53,818 nucleotides of DNA, taken from the NCBI GenBank assembly GCA_964402535.1, contig CAYOCH010000004.1, positions 1 to 53,818 on the forward strand, written 5' to 3'. The DNA comes from an uncultured Candidatus Saccharibacteria bacterium (GTDB lineage Bacteria; Patescibacteriota; Minisyncoccia; Phycocordibacterales; Phycocordibacteraceae). This document shows, piece after piece, positions 27,005-36,799 of this stretch. The translations under genes were made by a program, and so were the position numbers. The notes below the pieces were generated by a model. The model saw nothing but the letters and a program-made list of their open reading frames with translations, searched no databases and was not told the DNA's origin. Each line of letters opens with the position of its first letter. Position 1 is the first letter of the stretch.

Positions 27005-27604
27005 ATGGCGGGAACACCCTGGACTGAGCGTCTGTATACGCGTCATGGGTTCGTCCGCACGGATATTCTGGACGGCAAGCGGGCGCTCGACCTCGGCTGC
27101 GGAGGCCGGAAGCTCCCCGGCGCGGTCGGCGTCGATTCTCTCGCTCTCCCGGGTGTCGACGTCGTGCATAATCTCGGGTCATTTCCGTGGCCGTTTGCGG
27201 ATGGGTCGTTCGATCTCGTCATCTCGAATCATTATCTTGAGCACGCTAACGACGTGCTCGCGACGCTCGGCGAGATCCACCGGATCCTCGCGCCCGGGGG
27301 GCGAGTGGTGCTGCAGGTGCCGTATTTCAGATCCGTCGATGCGATGTCTGATCCGACGCATCGGCATTTCTTCACCGCAGCGTCGCTCGACTACGTCATC
27401 GCCGGCACCAAGCTCGCGCAGTATTCATATACGCCGTTCCGTTTCAAGAAAGTCGGGTTCTGGTACGGTTGGCCTCAACCGTCCAGGAATCCGGTGGCCC
27501 GTCTCATCAAGACGTACATGCGTGCGCACCCTGCGCACTATGACCAGTACTGGTCGCTGCTCGTGCCGGTCGATTGCCTGACCTGGGAGCTCGAAAAGGC
27601 ATGA
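27005..27604 (+). CDS. Class I SAM-dependent methyltransferase (type 11-like, 199 aa); paralogue of 34283..34864
   Basis: ALDLGCGGRKLPGAVGVD, DVVHNLGSFPWPFADGSFDLVISNHYLEH, RILAPGGRVVLQVPYF. Confidence 0.75.
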   Translation: MAGTPWTERLYTRHGFVRTDILDGKRALDLGCGGRKLPGAVGVDSLALPGVDVVHNLGSFPWPFADGSFDLVISNHYLEHANDVLATLGEIHRILAPGGRVVLQVPYFRSVDAMSDPTHRHFFTAASLDYVIAGTKLAQYSYTPFRFKKVGFWYGWPQPSRNPVARLIKTYMRAHPAHYDQYWSLLVPVDCLTWELEKA

Positions 27605-28695
27605 CGATCGGCATCGTGACAGGGTTCTCTCTCAAGGATTCTGCCGGCTTGGAACAGTTCCTCATCGGTGTCCTCGAGGGTCTGCAACAAGTGCAGCAGG
27701 AGGGTGTCGAATACGTAATCTACACGGGCAAGAATAGCGATCTCGATGATGTTCTTGTGGAACGTCGATTGACGAAATTTCGCGTGGTAAAGGTAGGTTT
27801 CGGACCGTTGTGGAAGCATCTCGGCCTCATGTTCGCGCCGCGTGCCGACCGGTACCTCTTTAACGGGCCGCTTGCACCGCTGCTGTTCATGCCGCACCAC
27901 TCGACGGTTCTGGTCTATGACTTCGCCTATCGCCATGAGCGGGCGTCGAATATTCGCAGCCGGCTGCGTCACTGGGCTATGGATCTGCTGACAATACTGT
28001 CGTGCAAACGCGCGTCACGCGTCATGGCGATCTCCGAGGCGACGAAAAGAGAGACGGCGGCAGTCTGCGGCATCCCTGAGAGCAAGATTTCTGTCGTGTA
28101 TCCGGGGTACAAGGACTTGTCGACGTGGGATACGCGCGCTGTCGACGTCCCAGATCGCTACTTCCTTTTCGTCGGGACGGCGAAGGCACGCAAGAATCTC
28201 TTGAATCTCGTCCGCGGCTATATCGAAGCGGTTCGTACGCACGGCATCGCTGAACACTTGCTTGTCGCCGGCAGGATCGACGCACGTTCGGCATATGGTT
28301 ATCAAATCTTCGCGACTATCCGAGAAGCGCAGATGGAGGATAGGATCCGCATCCTCGGCCGGATCGACGATGGTGAACTGCGGTATCTCTATGAACACGC
28401 GGTCGCGTTCACGTTCCCCTCTGCGCTCGAGGGGTTCGGCATGCCGGTTGTCGAGGCGATGAAGCTCGGAACGCCTGTTCTCACCTCGTCGGTGAGTTCG
28501 CTACCTGAAGCGGCAGGGGATGCCGCGCTTCTCGTCGCACCGGATGATATTAGAGGCATGGCCGCTGCGCTCTCCCGCCTGTCTCGGGATCCGTCGCTTC
28601 GGTCCGAACTCGTTCGCAAAGGGCACGATAATACGAAACGGTTCTCTTGGCAACTCTGCGCGAAGGGCATCCTTGCGGTAGTATGTGACTCATAA
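27601..28695 (+). CDS. Glycosyltransferase, GT4 family
   Basis: YFLFVGTAKARKNLLNL...FPSALEGFGMPVVEAMKLGTPVLTSSVSSLPEAAGDAALLV. ATG 27601 overlaps the upstream stop (ATGA). Confidence 0.8.
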   Translation: MTIGIVTGFSLKDSAGLEQFLIGVLEGLQQVQQEGVEYVIYTGKNSDLDDVLVERRLTKFRVVKVGFGPLWKHLGLMFAPRADRYLFNGPLAPLLFMPHHSTVLVYDFAYRHERASNIRSRLRHWAMDLLTILSCKRASRVMAISEATKRETAAVCGIPESKISVVYPGYKDLSTWDTRAVDVPDRYFLFVGTAKARKNLLNLVRGYIEAVRTHGIAEHLLVAGRIDARSAYGYQIFATIREAQMEDRIRILGRIDDGELRYLYEHAVAFTFPSALEGFGMPVVEAMKLGTPVLTSSVSSLPEAAGDAALLVAPDDIRGMAAALSRLSRDPSLRSELVRKGHDNTKRFSWQLCAKGILAVVCDS

Positions 28696-28699
28696 CGCC

Positions 28700-29740
28700 A
28701 TGGCTCGTCGCGCGCTTATCACCGGCCTCACCGGCCAAGACGGTTCCTACCTCGCGGAGCTGCTCCTCAGCAAGGGCTACGAGGTCCACGGGCTCGTGCG
28801 CCGTTCGAGCCGCGATCCGCTCGTCCGACTCGCTCCCCATAAGCAGAAGATCATCCTGCACTACGGAGACCTGCGGGACCTGGGCGCGCTCGAACGCGCG
28901 ATTGCAGCGAGCGATCCCGACGAGATATACAATCTTGCGGCGCAATCGGACGTCGGAGTTTCATTCAAGGTGCCCGAGGAGACATACGAGATCGACTACG
29001 CGGGCGTAGGGCGGCTCGTCGATGCTGCGATGCGTCACAATCCAAAGACGCGCATCTATCAGGCATCCACGTCAGAGATGTTCGGTTCGACGCCGCCGAC
29101 CCAGAACGAGCAGTCATCGTTCAATCCCGTGTCTCCGTACGGTATGGCGAAGCTCAAAGCACACGACGATTACGTGAAGGGGTACCGGGAGAAGCACGGG
29201 CTCTATATCTGCTCCGGCATCCTCTTCAATCACGAGAGTCCGCGGCGCGGCGAACATTTCGTGACGCGGAAGATAACGATATCGCTTTCGAAGATCAAGC
29301 ATGGACTGCAAGAGACGGTCTCGCTCGGCAATCTCGACGCGAAGCGCGATTGGGGCTTTGCAGGCGATTACGTCGAGGCGATGTGGATGATGCTCCAACA
29401 GGAGCATCCAGAGGACTTCGTCATCGCGAGCGGCCGGCAACACTCGGTGCGCGATTTCGTTAATGCGGCCGCAACTGCACTCGGTCTGAGTCTCTCGTGG
29501 GAAGGACGCGGTCTTGAAGAGGTCGCCAAGGACGACAAGGGGATCGTTCGCGTGAACGTCAATCCCGCATACTATCGGCCGAACGAGGTGCACAGCCTGC
29601 TCGGCGATCCTGCGAAAGCGAAGCGCATCCTCAAATGGAATCCGAAGGTTTCTTTCGAACAGCTCGTCGCGATAATGGCCGAAGCTGATGACAAGCTATT
29701 CTCGCACGGTAGGGAAAGTGCTGAACACATCGCTTCCTGA
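28700..29740 (+). CDS. gmd: GDP-mannose 4,6-dehydratase
   Basis: ALITGLTGQDGSYLAELLLSKGYEVHGLVRRSS, IYNLAAQSDVGVSF, YQASTSEMFG, SPYGMAKL, GILFNHESPRRGEHFVTRKIT. Confidence 0.9.
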   Translation: MARRALITGLTGQDGSYLAELLLSKGYEVHGLVRRSSRDPLVRLAPHKQKIILHYGDLRDLGALERAIAASDPDEIYNLAAQSDVGVSFKVPEETYEIDYAGVGRLVDAAMRHNPKTRIYQASTSEMFGSTPPTQNEQSSFNPVSPYGMAKLKAHDDYVKGYREKHGLYICSGILFNHESPRRGEHFVTRKITISLSKIKHGLQETVSLGNLDAKRDWGFAGDYVEAMWMMLQQEHPEDFVIASGRQHSVRDFVNAAATALGLSLSWEGRGLEEVAKDDKGIVRVNVNPAYYRPNEVHSLLGDPAKAKRILKWNPKVSFEQLVAIMAEADDKLFSHGRESAEHIAS

Positions 29741-29746
29741 GCCAGC

Positions 29747-31468
29747 ATGAGCCGGATACGAAAGCATTGGGCCGCAATTGTGCTTGCCTGTATCGCGGGT
29801 GCGCTTACGGCGCTCCCGCCGATCGTTGCGGAGCAGTGGATGGGGCAGACGTATCAAGGCGTGCATCCGCTCGTCGTCGACGACCAGCTTGCGTACGAGG
29901 CGCGGGCTCGCGAGACGCTCGACGGCCATCCGACGCTCGGGAATCCGTATCTCCTCGAAGACAAGGATGTGCCGGCTGTCGGATTCTGGCTGCCTGATTA
30001 TCTGCGAGCGAAGGCGAGCCAGGTGCTGTTCGGGGATCTACATACGGGCGAGGTTGTATTCAATGTTGTCCTGCCATTCGTTGCAGTGCTCGTCACCTAC
30101 GCGATCTTGTTTCTTATCACTGGGAGCGTTCTGTGGTCGGTCGTCCTCACGGGGTATCTGAATCTCGGGTTGTTCTTCTTGCAGTACAGCCGGTATCCCA
30201 ATCCGCAGCTTACGTCGGTCTTCCTCTTCTCGTTTCTCGCGCAGCTTATGGCGTTACGAACGCGGCGGATCGGATGGATCGCGGCGGCTATCCTCACCAC
30301 CGCAGCGCTCTTCTATCTCTATCCGTTCTATTGGACCTATGCCGTTGTGCTCCTAGTGCTCGGCATCTTCGGGTCGTGGCTGCTCGCTCGAGAAAGTGGT
30401 GCGCATAAAACGCTGTCAATCATCTTCGTCGCTTCTGTAGCACTCGGACTGCCGTATCTCGCGAACACCTATGCGCAGACCAAGCTCCCGTTCTATCGTG
30501 AGACGCTGATGAGGATCGGCTTTATTCCGACGCGTTTTCCATCAGGCATCACGGTCGTTGCGCTCGCTGCGGTCACTGGCGCATTTCTCGCTTGGGCGTG
30601 GCACCGACGCATCGTCCCCCGGACGAGCGAGACAGTGTTCGTCGCAGCGGCATCGCTCGCCGGCGCGGTCGTGATGAACCAGCACGTCATCACAGGCAGC
30701 AACTTCCAATTCACGGTGCACTATACGATGCCGGCGGTCATCATGAGCGTCTTTGCGCTCGCGTATGCCGGTGTCCGACTGGTCGAGCGCGCGCCGGAGA
30801 AGTGGAAAGATTATCGGACGATCGGCAAGATAGCGCTTGTCGCGGTCCTTGTCATAATCTCGATCTCTTCAGTCGCAAAGACGGTCACGCGCATGGCGAC
30901 GCCGCAGCCGTCTGACATCGCCGCGCAGCGCTATGCGCCGGTGCTCCGTTGGCTCGACGCGAACACGGCGACGGATGCTGTCGTGTATGCCGACCAGACG
31001 CTCGCACCCTATATCCCCGCGTACACGCGTGACAACGTCTACTTCTCGCCGTGGGCAGGGGTCGCGTATCTCTCGCAAGACGAAGTGAATACGCGATACC
31101 TCGGTGCGCATTATTTTGATGCATCGTTTTCGACGTCGACCGTCATCGCAAACGAGAACGACGTGTTCGGCGCCTATTATGTCGGCCGGTATCAGCACGC
31201 GGCGACCGAGAATTCGCTCCGTCGCCTCCTGCATCTGCCGCCGGTAACGGTCGCGCGGTATCCCGAAGATGCGATCGCTGCGCTCGTCGCCAAAAAGAAG
31301 CAGCTGCAGCAAGGCAGCTTTAGGGCAGCGCTTGGCGGTTATCGCGTCGACTATCTCGTGTGGGACTCGACTCTCCATCCGGAGTGGAAGATCACCCGCG
31401 TCCCGGGGCTCGCGGCCGTCTATGAAGCGAACGGCATAAAGGTGTATGCTGTCTCCGACAAGCCGTAG
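29747..31468 (+). CDS. Polytopic membrane protein (573 aa) with a ~200-aa extracytoplasmic C-terminal domain; possible GT-C-type glycosyltransferase
   Basis: About 9-10 hydrophobic segments in the first ~370 aa, then a soluble C-terminal region. It lies immediately upstream of a GtrB-like polyprenyl-phosphate glycosyltransferase. The functional call is by context only. Confidence 0.4.
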   Translation: MSRIRKHWAAIVLACIAGALTALPPIVAEQWMGQTYQGVHPLVVDDQLAYEARARETLDGHPTLGNPYLLEDKDVPAVGFWLPDYLRAKASQVLFGDLHTGEVVFNVVLPFVAVLVTYAILFLITGSVLWSVVLTGYLNLGLFFLQYSRYPNPQLTSVFLFSFLAQLMALRTRRIGWIAAAILTTAALFYLYPFYWTYAVVLLVLGIFGSWLLARESGAHKTLSIIFVASVALGLPYLANTYAQTKLPFYRETLMRIGFIPTRFPSGITVVALAAVTGAFLAWAWHRRIVPRTSETVFVAAASLAGAVVMNQHVITGSNFQFTVHYTMPAVIMSVFALAYAGVRLVERAPEKWKDYRTIGKIALVAVLVIISISSVAKTVTRMATPQPSDIAAQRYAPVLRWLDANTATDAVVYADQTLAPYIPAYTRDNVYFSPWAGVAYLSQDEVNTRYLGAHYFDASFSTSTVIANENDVFGAYYVGRYQHAATENSLRRLLHLPPVTVARYPEDAIAALVAKKKQLQQGSFRAALGGYRVDYLVWDSTLHPEWKITRVPGLAAVYEANGIKVYAVSDKP

Positions 31469-31471
31469 CCC

Positions 31472-32419
31472 ATGAGACTGACCGTCGTCACGCCTATCTA
31501 CAACGAAGCGAAGAGCCTCCCGCGCCTCCACGAGCGGCTGACCGCCGTGCTCTCGGCTATGGAGGGCAGCTACGAGATCATCGCCGTCGACGACGGCTCG
31601 ACCGACGGGACGGCCGCCGTGCTTGAGGAGCTCGCACAGGGCGATACGCGCTTCAAGGTCGTGAGCTTCCGCGCGAATCGCGGCCAGACGGCCGCGCTCG
31701 CTGCCGGCATCAAGCATGCGTCGGGCGAGGTGATTGTCACGATCGACAGCGATCTCGAGAACGACCCGGCAGACATTCCGCGCCTCCTCACGAAGCTCGA
31801 TGAAGGCTTCGACGTCGTCTCTGGCTGGCGCAAGGCGCGCTGGCAGGGCGCGTTCTTCTCACGCAAGCTGCCGTCAATGGTGGCGAACAAGCTCATCTCG
31901 CTCCTCTCGGGCGTGTCGCTTCACGACTACGGCTGCACGCTCAAGGCGTATCGCGCCGACCTCATCAAGGGCGTCGACCTCTACGGCGACATGCACCGCT
32001 TCTTGCCGGCCTACGCTGCGTGGCAGGGCGGCAAGGTTGCCGAGGTGCCGGTCGCGTACGCGCCGCGCGTGCACGGCACGAGCAACTACGGCATGGGTCG
32101 CGTCGTTCGCGTCCTCCTCGACCTCGTGGTCGTCGTCTTCATGCACCGCTACCTGAACCGCCCGATGCACTTCTTCGGCGGTTGGGGGCTCCTGAGCTTC
32201 CTTTTCGGCCTCCTCTTCGGCGCTATCGCCGTCGCGCTCAAGCTCTTCGAGATCCGCGACTTCGTCGCGACGCCGCTTCCGCTCTGGAGCGCGCTCTTCG
32301 TCATCGTCGGCGTGCAGCTCGTGATGTTCGGCGTCGTCGGCGAGATGCTGATGCGCACCTATTATGAGTCGCAGGGCAAGGCCACCTATCTCGTGAAGCG
32401 CACGGTGAACCTCGACTGA
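31472..32419 (+). CDS. GT2 polyprenyl-phosphate glycosyltransferase (GtrB/ArnC/Dpm1-like) with two C-terminal TM helices
   Basis: LTVVTPIYNEAKSLPRL, IIAVDDGSTDGT, VTIDSDLENDP, and C-terminal TM segments FFGGWGLLSFLFGLLFGAIAVAL and LWSALFVIVGVQLVMFGVVGE. Confidence 0.8.
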   Translation: MRLTVVTPIYNEAKSLPRLHERLTAVLSAMEGSYEIIAVDDGSTDGTAAVLEELAQGDTRFKVVSFRANRGQTAALAAGIKHASGEVIVTIDSDLENDPADIPRLLTKLDEGFDVVSGWRKARWQGAFFSRKLPSMVANKLISLLSGVSLHDYGCTLKAYRADLIKGVDLYGDMHRFLPAYAAWQGGKVAEVPVAYAPRVHGTSNYGMGRVVRVLLDLVVVVFMHRYLNRPMHFFGGWGLLSFLFGLLFGAIAVALKLFEIRDFVATPLPLWSALFVIVGVQLVMFGVVGEMLMRTYYESQGKATYLVKRTVNLD

Positions 32420-32420
32420 T

Positions 32421-34286
32421 ATGTGCGGCATCGCCGGCTTCATCGGGCAAGGCGGCGAGCAGGATGCGCGCCGGATGATCGAGACGCTGCGGCACCGCGG
32501 GCCGGACGATACGGGCGTCTATGCGGAGCCCGGCGTCGCGCTCGCGCACGCGCGGCTCTCGATCATCGACACGTCTGCTGCCGGCCACGAGCCGATGTGG
32601 AACGCCTCCCACACCGCCGTACTCGTCTTCAACGGCGAGATCTATAACTTTGAGGAATTGCGCAAGCGTGAGGTGCCCGACTATCCGTATCACGGTCACT
32701 CTGATGCCGAGGTGATCCTTGCGCTCTACGACAAGCTCGGCGTGCGCTGCCTCGGACTCTTGAACGGCATGTTCGCCATCGCGCTCTACGATACGCGCGC
32801 GAAGACGCTCTATCTCGCGCGCGATCGGATGGGCAAGAAGCCGCTCTATATCGGCCGCTTCGACTCGACGCTCGCCTTCGCCTCAGAGCCGAAGGCGCTC
32901 TTCGCCCACACACGCGCCCGCAAAGAGATCGATATACGTTCGGTGAACGAGTTCCTCGCGCTCGATTATGTCCCGACCCCGCACTCGATCTGGCGCGACG
33001 TCGAGAAGCTCCCTCCGGCAACCGTCCTCACGTACAAAGCAGGGCAGGCGACGGTTGAGACGTACTGGCGCCCTGACGCGACGCAGAGCGATATTTCAGT
33101 CGCTGAAGCAGAACGCGAGCTCGACGCCACTCTCTCTCGCGCGGTCGCCTCGCGCCTCGTCTCAGACGTACCGCTCGGGGTGCTGCTCTCGGGCGGGCTC
33201 GACAGTAGCGCTATCGCGTATTACGCACAGCAGTCGAACAGAGAGCCGCTGCACACCTTCTCGATCGGGTTCGAGGAGGCGAGCTTCGATGAGTCGCGCT
33301 ATGCGCGCGAGGTTGCGGAGCACCTCGGCACGCTGCATCACCACGAGGTTGCGAGCGCTGAAGACGCGCTCGACGCGCTGCCGCGCATCACCGCAACCTT
33401 GGATGAGCCGCTTGCGGACGCCTCGATCATCCCGACCTATCTTTTGTCACAGTTCGTGCGTCGCGATGTCACGGTAGCGCTTGGCGGCGACGGCGGCGAT
33501 GAGCTATTTGCCGGCTACCCGACGTTCCAGGCCGATGCTCCCGCACGCCTGTATCGCGCGATGCCCGGACTCGTGCAGTCTGCGGCTACTTCGCTCGCGC
33601 GGCTCGTGCCGGAGTCTCGCGGCTATGCGAGCCTCAAGTTCCGGCTCGATAAGTTCCTCGAGGGCGCGCGCGCGAGCGACCCGGTCGAGCGGCACCTGCG
33701 CTGGCTCGGCACGTTCTCGCACGACGAACGCGCGCAGCTCTTCTCGAGAGATGCGTACCGTGAGATAGTGAGTGAGGACGCGTATGCAGGGGCGCGCGCA
33801 GCATTCGATGCATCAGCTGCGCCGGATCCGCGCAACAAGCTGCTCGCGGCATACGAGCGCTCCTATCTGATGGATCAGGTGCTGGTGAAGGTCGACCGCG
33901 CGAGCATGGCGAACGCGCTCGAGGTGCGGGCGCCCTTCCTCGACTACGAGCTGGTCGAGTTCGCGCATCGGCTGCCGTACCGCTACAAGCTCCACGGCCT
34001 CACGACGAAATATCTCTTGAAGCGGCTCATGCGCGGCAAGCTCCCGCGCCGCATCATCCATCGCAAGAAGCAAGGCTTCGCCGTCCCTGTCGGCGAGTGG
34101 ATGAACGGCCCGCTCCGCGAGCTCACCGACCGGCTGCTCGCGCCCGAGGCACTCGCGGCGACCGGCCTCTTCAAGCCCGACTATGTGCAGCAGCTGCTCG
34201 CTGAACACCGTTCCGGCGCGCGCGACCACCGCAAACGGCTCTGGAATCTCCTGTCGTTCATGATGTGGTACGATGCCTGGGCATGA
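32421..34286 (+). CDS. asnB: Asparagine synthase (glutamine-hydrolysing) family amidotransferase
   Basis: N-terminal nucleophile MCGIAGFIG, HRGPDD, and PP-loop LLSGGLDSS. Confidence 0.85.
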   Translation: MCGIAGFIGQGGEQDARRMIETLRHRGPDDTGVYAEPGVALAHARLSIIDTSAAGHEPMWNASHTAVLVFNGEIYNFEELRKREVPDYPYHGHSDAEVILALYDKLGVRCLGLLNGMFAIALYDTRAKTLYLARDRMGKKPLYIGRFDSTLAFASEPKALFAHTRARKEIDIRSVNEFLALDYVPTPHSIWRDVEKLPPATVLTYKAGQATVETYWRPDATQSDISVAEAERELDATLSRAVASRLVSDVPLGVLLSGGLDSSAIAYYAQQSNREPLHTFSIGFEEASFDESRYAREVAEHLGTLHHHEVASAEDALDALPRITATLDEPLADASIIPTYLLSQFVRRDVTVALGGDGGDELFAGYPTFQADAPARLYRAMPGLVQSAATSLARLVPESRGYASLKFRLDKFLEGARASDPVERHLRWLGTFSHDERAQLFSRDAYREIVSEDAYAGARAAFDASAAPDPRNKLLAAYERSYLMDQVLVKVDRASMANALEVRAPFLDYELVEFAHRLPYRYKLHGLTTKYLLKRLMRGKLPRRIIHRKKQGFAVPVGEWMNGPLRELTDRLLAPEALAATGLFKPDYVQQLLAEHRSGARDHRKRLWNLLSFMMWYDAWA

Positions 34287-34864
34287 GCACGACCGCGCCT
34301 AAAAAGCTGAATCTAGGCGCCGGTGAACTACGCCGGGAGGGGTATCTTAATATCGACTGGTCGCCGCTTGGCAACCCGGATGTCGTCCACGATCTGAACG
34401 TCTTCCCGTACCCGTTCGCGGATTCGAGCATCGAAGAGGTGTACGCGTCACACGTACTCGAACATCTCGATCGGCCGTTCGACGTGATGCGCGAGTTACA
34501 CCGCATCCTCGTCCCGGGCGGGCGTCTCATCGTCAAAGTGCCGCATTTCAGCCGCGGCTTTACGCACGCGGAGCACGCGCACGGCTTTGACGTCACATTC
34601 CCGCTCTATTTCAATCCGACATTCACCAAGTCAGGCTACATCGGCGTTTCATTCGTGCACCGCTCGACGCGGCTGTCATGGCTCGCATTCTTCCATCTCA
34701 TGCCGCACATGGGGTACGGTCCCGTGACTATCGGCGTGCTTCGCGTCGTGAACGCCTTCATCTCGTTGTTTGCGAACCTATCACCCGCCTTTGCGAGCCG
34801 CATCTGGTGCTTCTGGGTAGGTGGGCTCGATGAGATAGCGTTCGAGTTCGTCTGCGAGAAATAA
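34283..34864 (+). CDS. Class I SAM-dependent methyltransferase (type 11-like, 193 aa); paralogue of 27005..27604
   Basis: LNLGAGELRREGYLNIDWSP, DVVHDLNVFPYPFADSSIEEVYASHVLEH, RILVPGGRLIVKVPHF. ATGA overlap with the asnB stop. Confidence 0.7.
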   Translation: MSTTAPKKLNLGAGELRREGYLNIDWSPLGNPDVVHDLNVFPYPFADSSIEEVYASHVLEHLDRPFDVMRELHRILVPGGRLIVKVPHFSRGFTHAEHAHGFDVTFPLYFNPTFTKSGYIGVSFVHRSTRLSWLAFFHLMPHMGYGPVTIGVLRVVNAFISLFANLSPAFASRIWCFWVGGLDEIAFEFVCEK

Positions 34865-34865
34865 T

Positions 34866-35630
34866 ATGGCGTCCGAAGAGCGGTTCGGATACGAGTGGGA
34901 TACATACAGTGCGCTCGATGCGCAGTACGAGGGACAATTTTTGAATTGGACGAAGCCGCTCGCTAAAGAAGATTGGGAAGGGAAGGATGTACTTGATGGC
35001 GGCTGCGGGATGGGGCGCAACAGCTACTGGCCGCTCCGCTATGGCGCGCGATCCGTCGTCGCCTTCGACAACGATGACCGCTCGGTCGCGGCGGCACGCG
35101 CGACGCTCGCGCCCTTTAAGAATGCCGAGGTCGTGAAGCGCGACTTCTCTGACATCGATTGGCGCGAGCAGTTCGACATCGCGTTCTCGATCGGCGTCAT
35201 CCATCACCTGCGGCGCCCGGAGCTCGCGCTCAAGAATCTCGTTATGGCGCTCCGGCCGGGCGGCAAGCTCGTCGTGTGGGTCTACAGCCGCGAGGGCAAT
35301 GAGTGGATCGTCCGCTACGTGAACCCGATCCGGTTGCACATCACATCGAAGCTGCCGCTGCCGCTCGTTCACTTCATCTCGTATGTCTGCTCGATACCGC
35401 TCTACCTATTCGTGCGCCTGTTCCGCGGCCCGACGCCGTACCTGAAGCAGCTCTCGCAGTTCAAGTTCTGGCACGTGCACAGCATCGTCTTCGATCAGCT
35501 CATCCCAGCGGTGGCGAACTATTGGTCGAGAGAGGAGGTCGAGTCTCTCGCGCGGGCGCTCGCGCTCTCCTCGTTCGACGTTCATGCGCCCGATAACAAG
35601 ATGGGGTGGATCCTCTGCGGGACGAAGTGA
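34866..35630 (+). CDS. Class I SAM-dependent methyltransferase
   Basis: VLDGGCGMGRNSYWPLRYGARSVVAFDND and LRPGGKLVVWVYS. Confidence 0.75.
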   Translation: MASEERFGYEWDTYSALDAQYEGQFLNWTKPLAKEDWEGKDVLDGGCGMGRNSYWPLRYGARSVVAFDNDDRSVAAARATLAPFKNAEVVKRDFSDIDWREQFDIAFSIGVIHHLRRPELALKNLVMALRPGGKLVVWVYSREGNEWIVRYVNPIRLHITSKLPLPLVHFISYVCSIPLYLFVRLFRGPTPYLKQLSQFKFWHVHSIVFDQLIPAVANYWSREEVESLARALALSSFDVHAPDNKMGWILCGTK

Positions 35631-36344
35631 TTACCGTTTCTTTGCCAGTGCGATGACGCTGGTGCCGAAAGGGAGGGACAGCGTCGGGATGACGGAATCT
35701 TCGCCGGCGACGATTCCGTAGAAGAGTCGGTCGAGCCATCGCGGCAGCTGTGTGGCGCTCTCACCGCTCTTGCCTGCGAGCCGCACCAGTGCGGCAGGGA
35801 TGAAAAGGAGCATGTTCCAATAGCTCGCGTAGCTCACGTCGAAACCGTTCTCTTCGAGCGCCTGGACGAGCGTACGGCACGTATAGCGGCGGAAATGCAG
35901 CGCTGCCTCATCGAACTTCGTCCACAAGAATTGGTATGCCGGCACGTTCACGATGAGTCGGCCGCCTGGCGCGAGCAGCTTCGAGAGCGACGCAAGGAAC
36001 GGGCGCTCATCCGCGACGTGTTCAAGCACGTCAAAGAGGGCGATGAGGTCGAACTGCCCGGCGCGTTCGTCGGCGAGCACGCCTATATCGGTCGCGTCAG
36101 ACACCTCTGCGTATCCGCGAGCGTGGCACGATTCGCGCGCGAGCGTATTAGGCTCAAAGGCGGTCACGTGGCCGTAGCGCGAGAGCAAAGGTAACTGCGC
36201 GCCGAGGCCGGCGCCGACATCGAGTATCCGCAGGTCGCGTCCCGCGCCGAAGGAGTCGAGGATCTTCTTCGCCGTGTGCGATCGCCCGTCGTGCCACCAG
36301 CTCCCCTCGGCCTCGTGCATGATGGTATAGGCTTCCTGCCGCAT
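35631..36344 (-). CDS. Class I SAM-dependent methyltransferase
   Basis: ILDVGAGLGAQLPLLSRYGHVTAFEPN, FDLIALFDVLEHV, LAPGGRLIVNVPA. Convergent with the preceding gene, with zero spacing. Confidence 0.8.
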   Translation of the reverse strand: MRQEAYTIMHEAEGSWWHDGRSHTAKKILDSFGAGRDLRILDVGAGLGAQLPLLSRYGHVTAFEPNTLARESCHARGYAEVSDATDIGVLADERAGQFDLIALFDVLEHVADERPFLASLSKLLAPGGRLIVNVPAYQFLWTKFDEAALHFRRYTCRTLVQALEENGFDVSYASYWNMLLFIPAALVRLAGKSGESATQLPRWLDRLFYGIVAGEDSVIPTLSLPFGTSVIALAKKR

Positions 36345-36352
36345 TGCTCCGC

Positions 36353-36358
36353 AGTATA
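36353..36358 (-). promoter_or_regulatory. -10-like hexamer TATACT (minus strand), 8 nt before ATG 36344
   Basis: Minus strand reads gggTATACT-gcggagca-ATG. Confidence 0.4.
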
Positions 36359-36370
36359 CCCCGGGCGTAG

Positions 36371-36376
36371 TAGAAT
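36371..36376 (+). promoter_or_regulatory. -10-like hexamer TAGAAT, 6 nt before GTG 36383
   Basis: TAGAAT-aggccg-GTG. It lies back-to-back with the minus-strand hexamer inside a 38-bp divergent spacer. Confidence 0.35.
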
Positions 36377-36382
36377 AGGCCG

Positions 36383-36799
36383 GTGGCGCTTACGCTCATC
36401 CGATATGCGATATCCGGCGGCCTCGGGGCCGTCGTGCAGTCGGCGTTCCTCTATGTCTGGGTCTCCGTGCTCGGGCTTGAGCGCGATTATCTCTGGGGCG
36501 CGGTGCTCGGCTTCTGCATCGCACTTGCCGTGAGCTTCTCGCTGCAGAAGTATTGGACATTCCGCAACCGCATGCCGGGCACGGTCAGGCGACAGTTCAC
36601 GACCTACGGGATGATCGCCGTCCTGAACCTCGTGCTCATCACGCTCTCGCTCGAGATCGCACGGAACATCTTCACGGCGCGCGGCCTCGATTTCTTCGAC
36701 GGCTGGTACCTGCTCGTGCAGCTCGTCGTAATCGCGGCCGTCTCGGTGATGAGTTTTTATCTCAACTCCCTCTTTACATTCAAGAACGACGCGGTATGA
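36383..36799 (+). CDS. GtrA-family membrane protein (138 aa)
   Basis: Four hydrophobic segments. Family-like motifs YAISGGLGAVVQSAFLYVWV and SLQKYWTFRN. GTG start. Confidence 0.7.
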   Translation: MALTLIRYAISGGLGAVVQSAFLYVWVSVLGLERDYLWGAVLGFCIALAVSFSLQKYWTFRNRMPGTVRRQFTTYGMIAVLNLVLITLSLEIARNIFTARGLDFFDGWYLLVQLVVIAAVSVMSFYLNSLFTFKNDAV

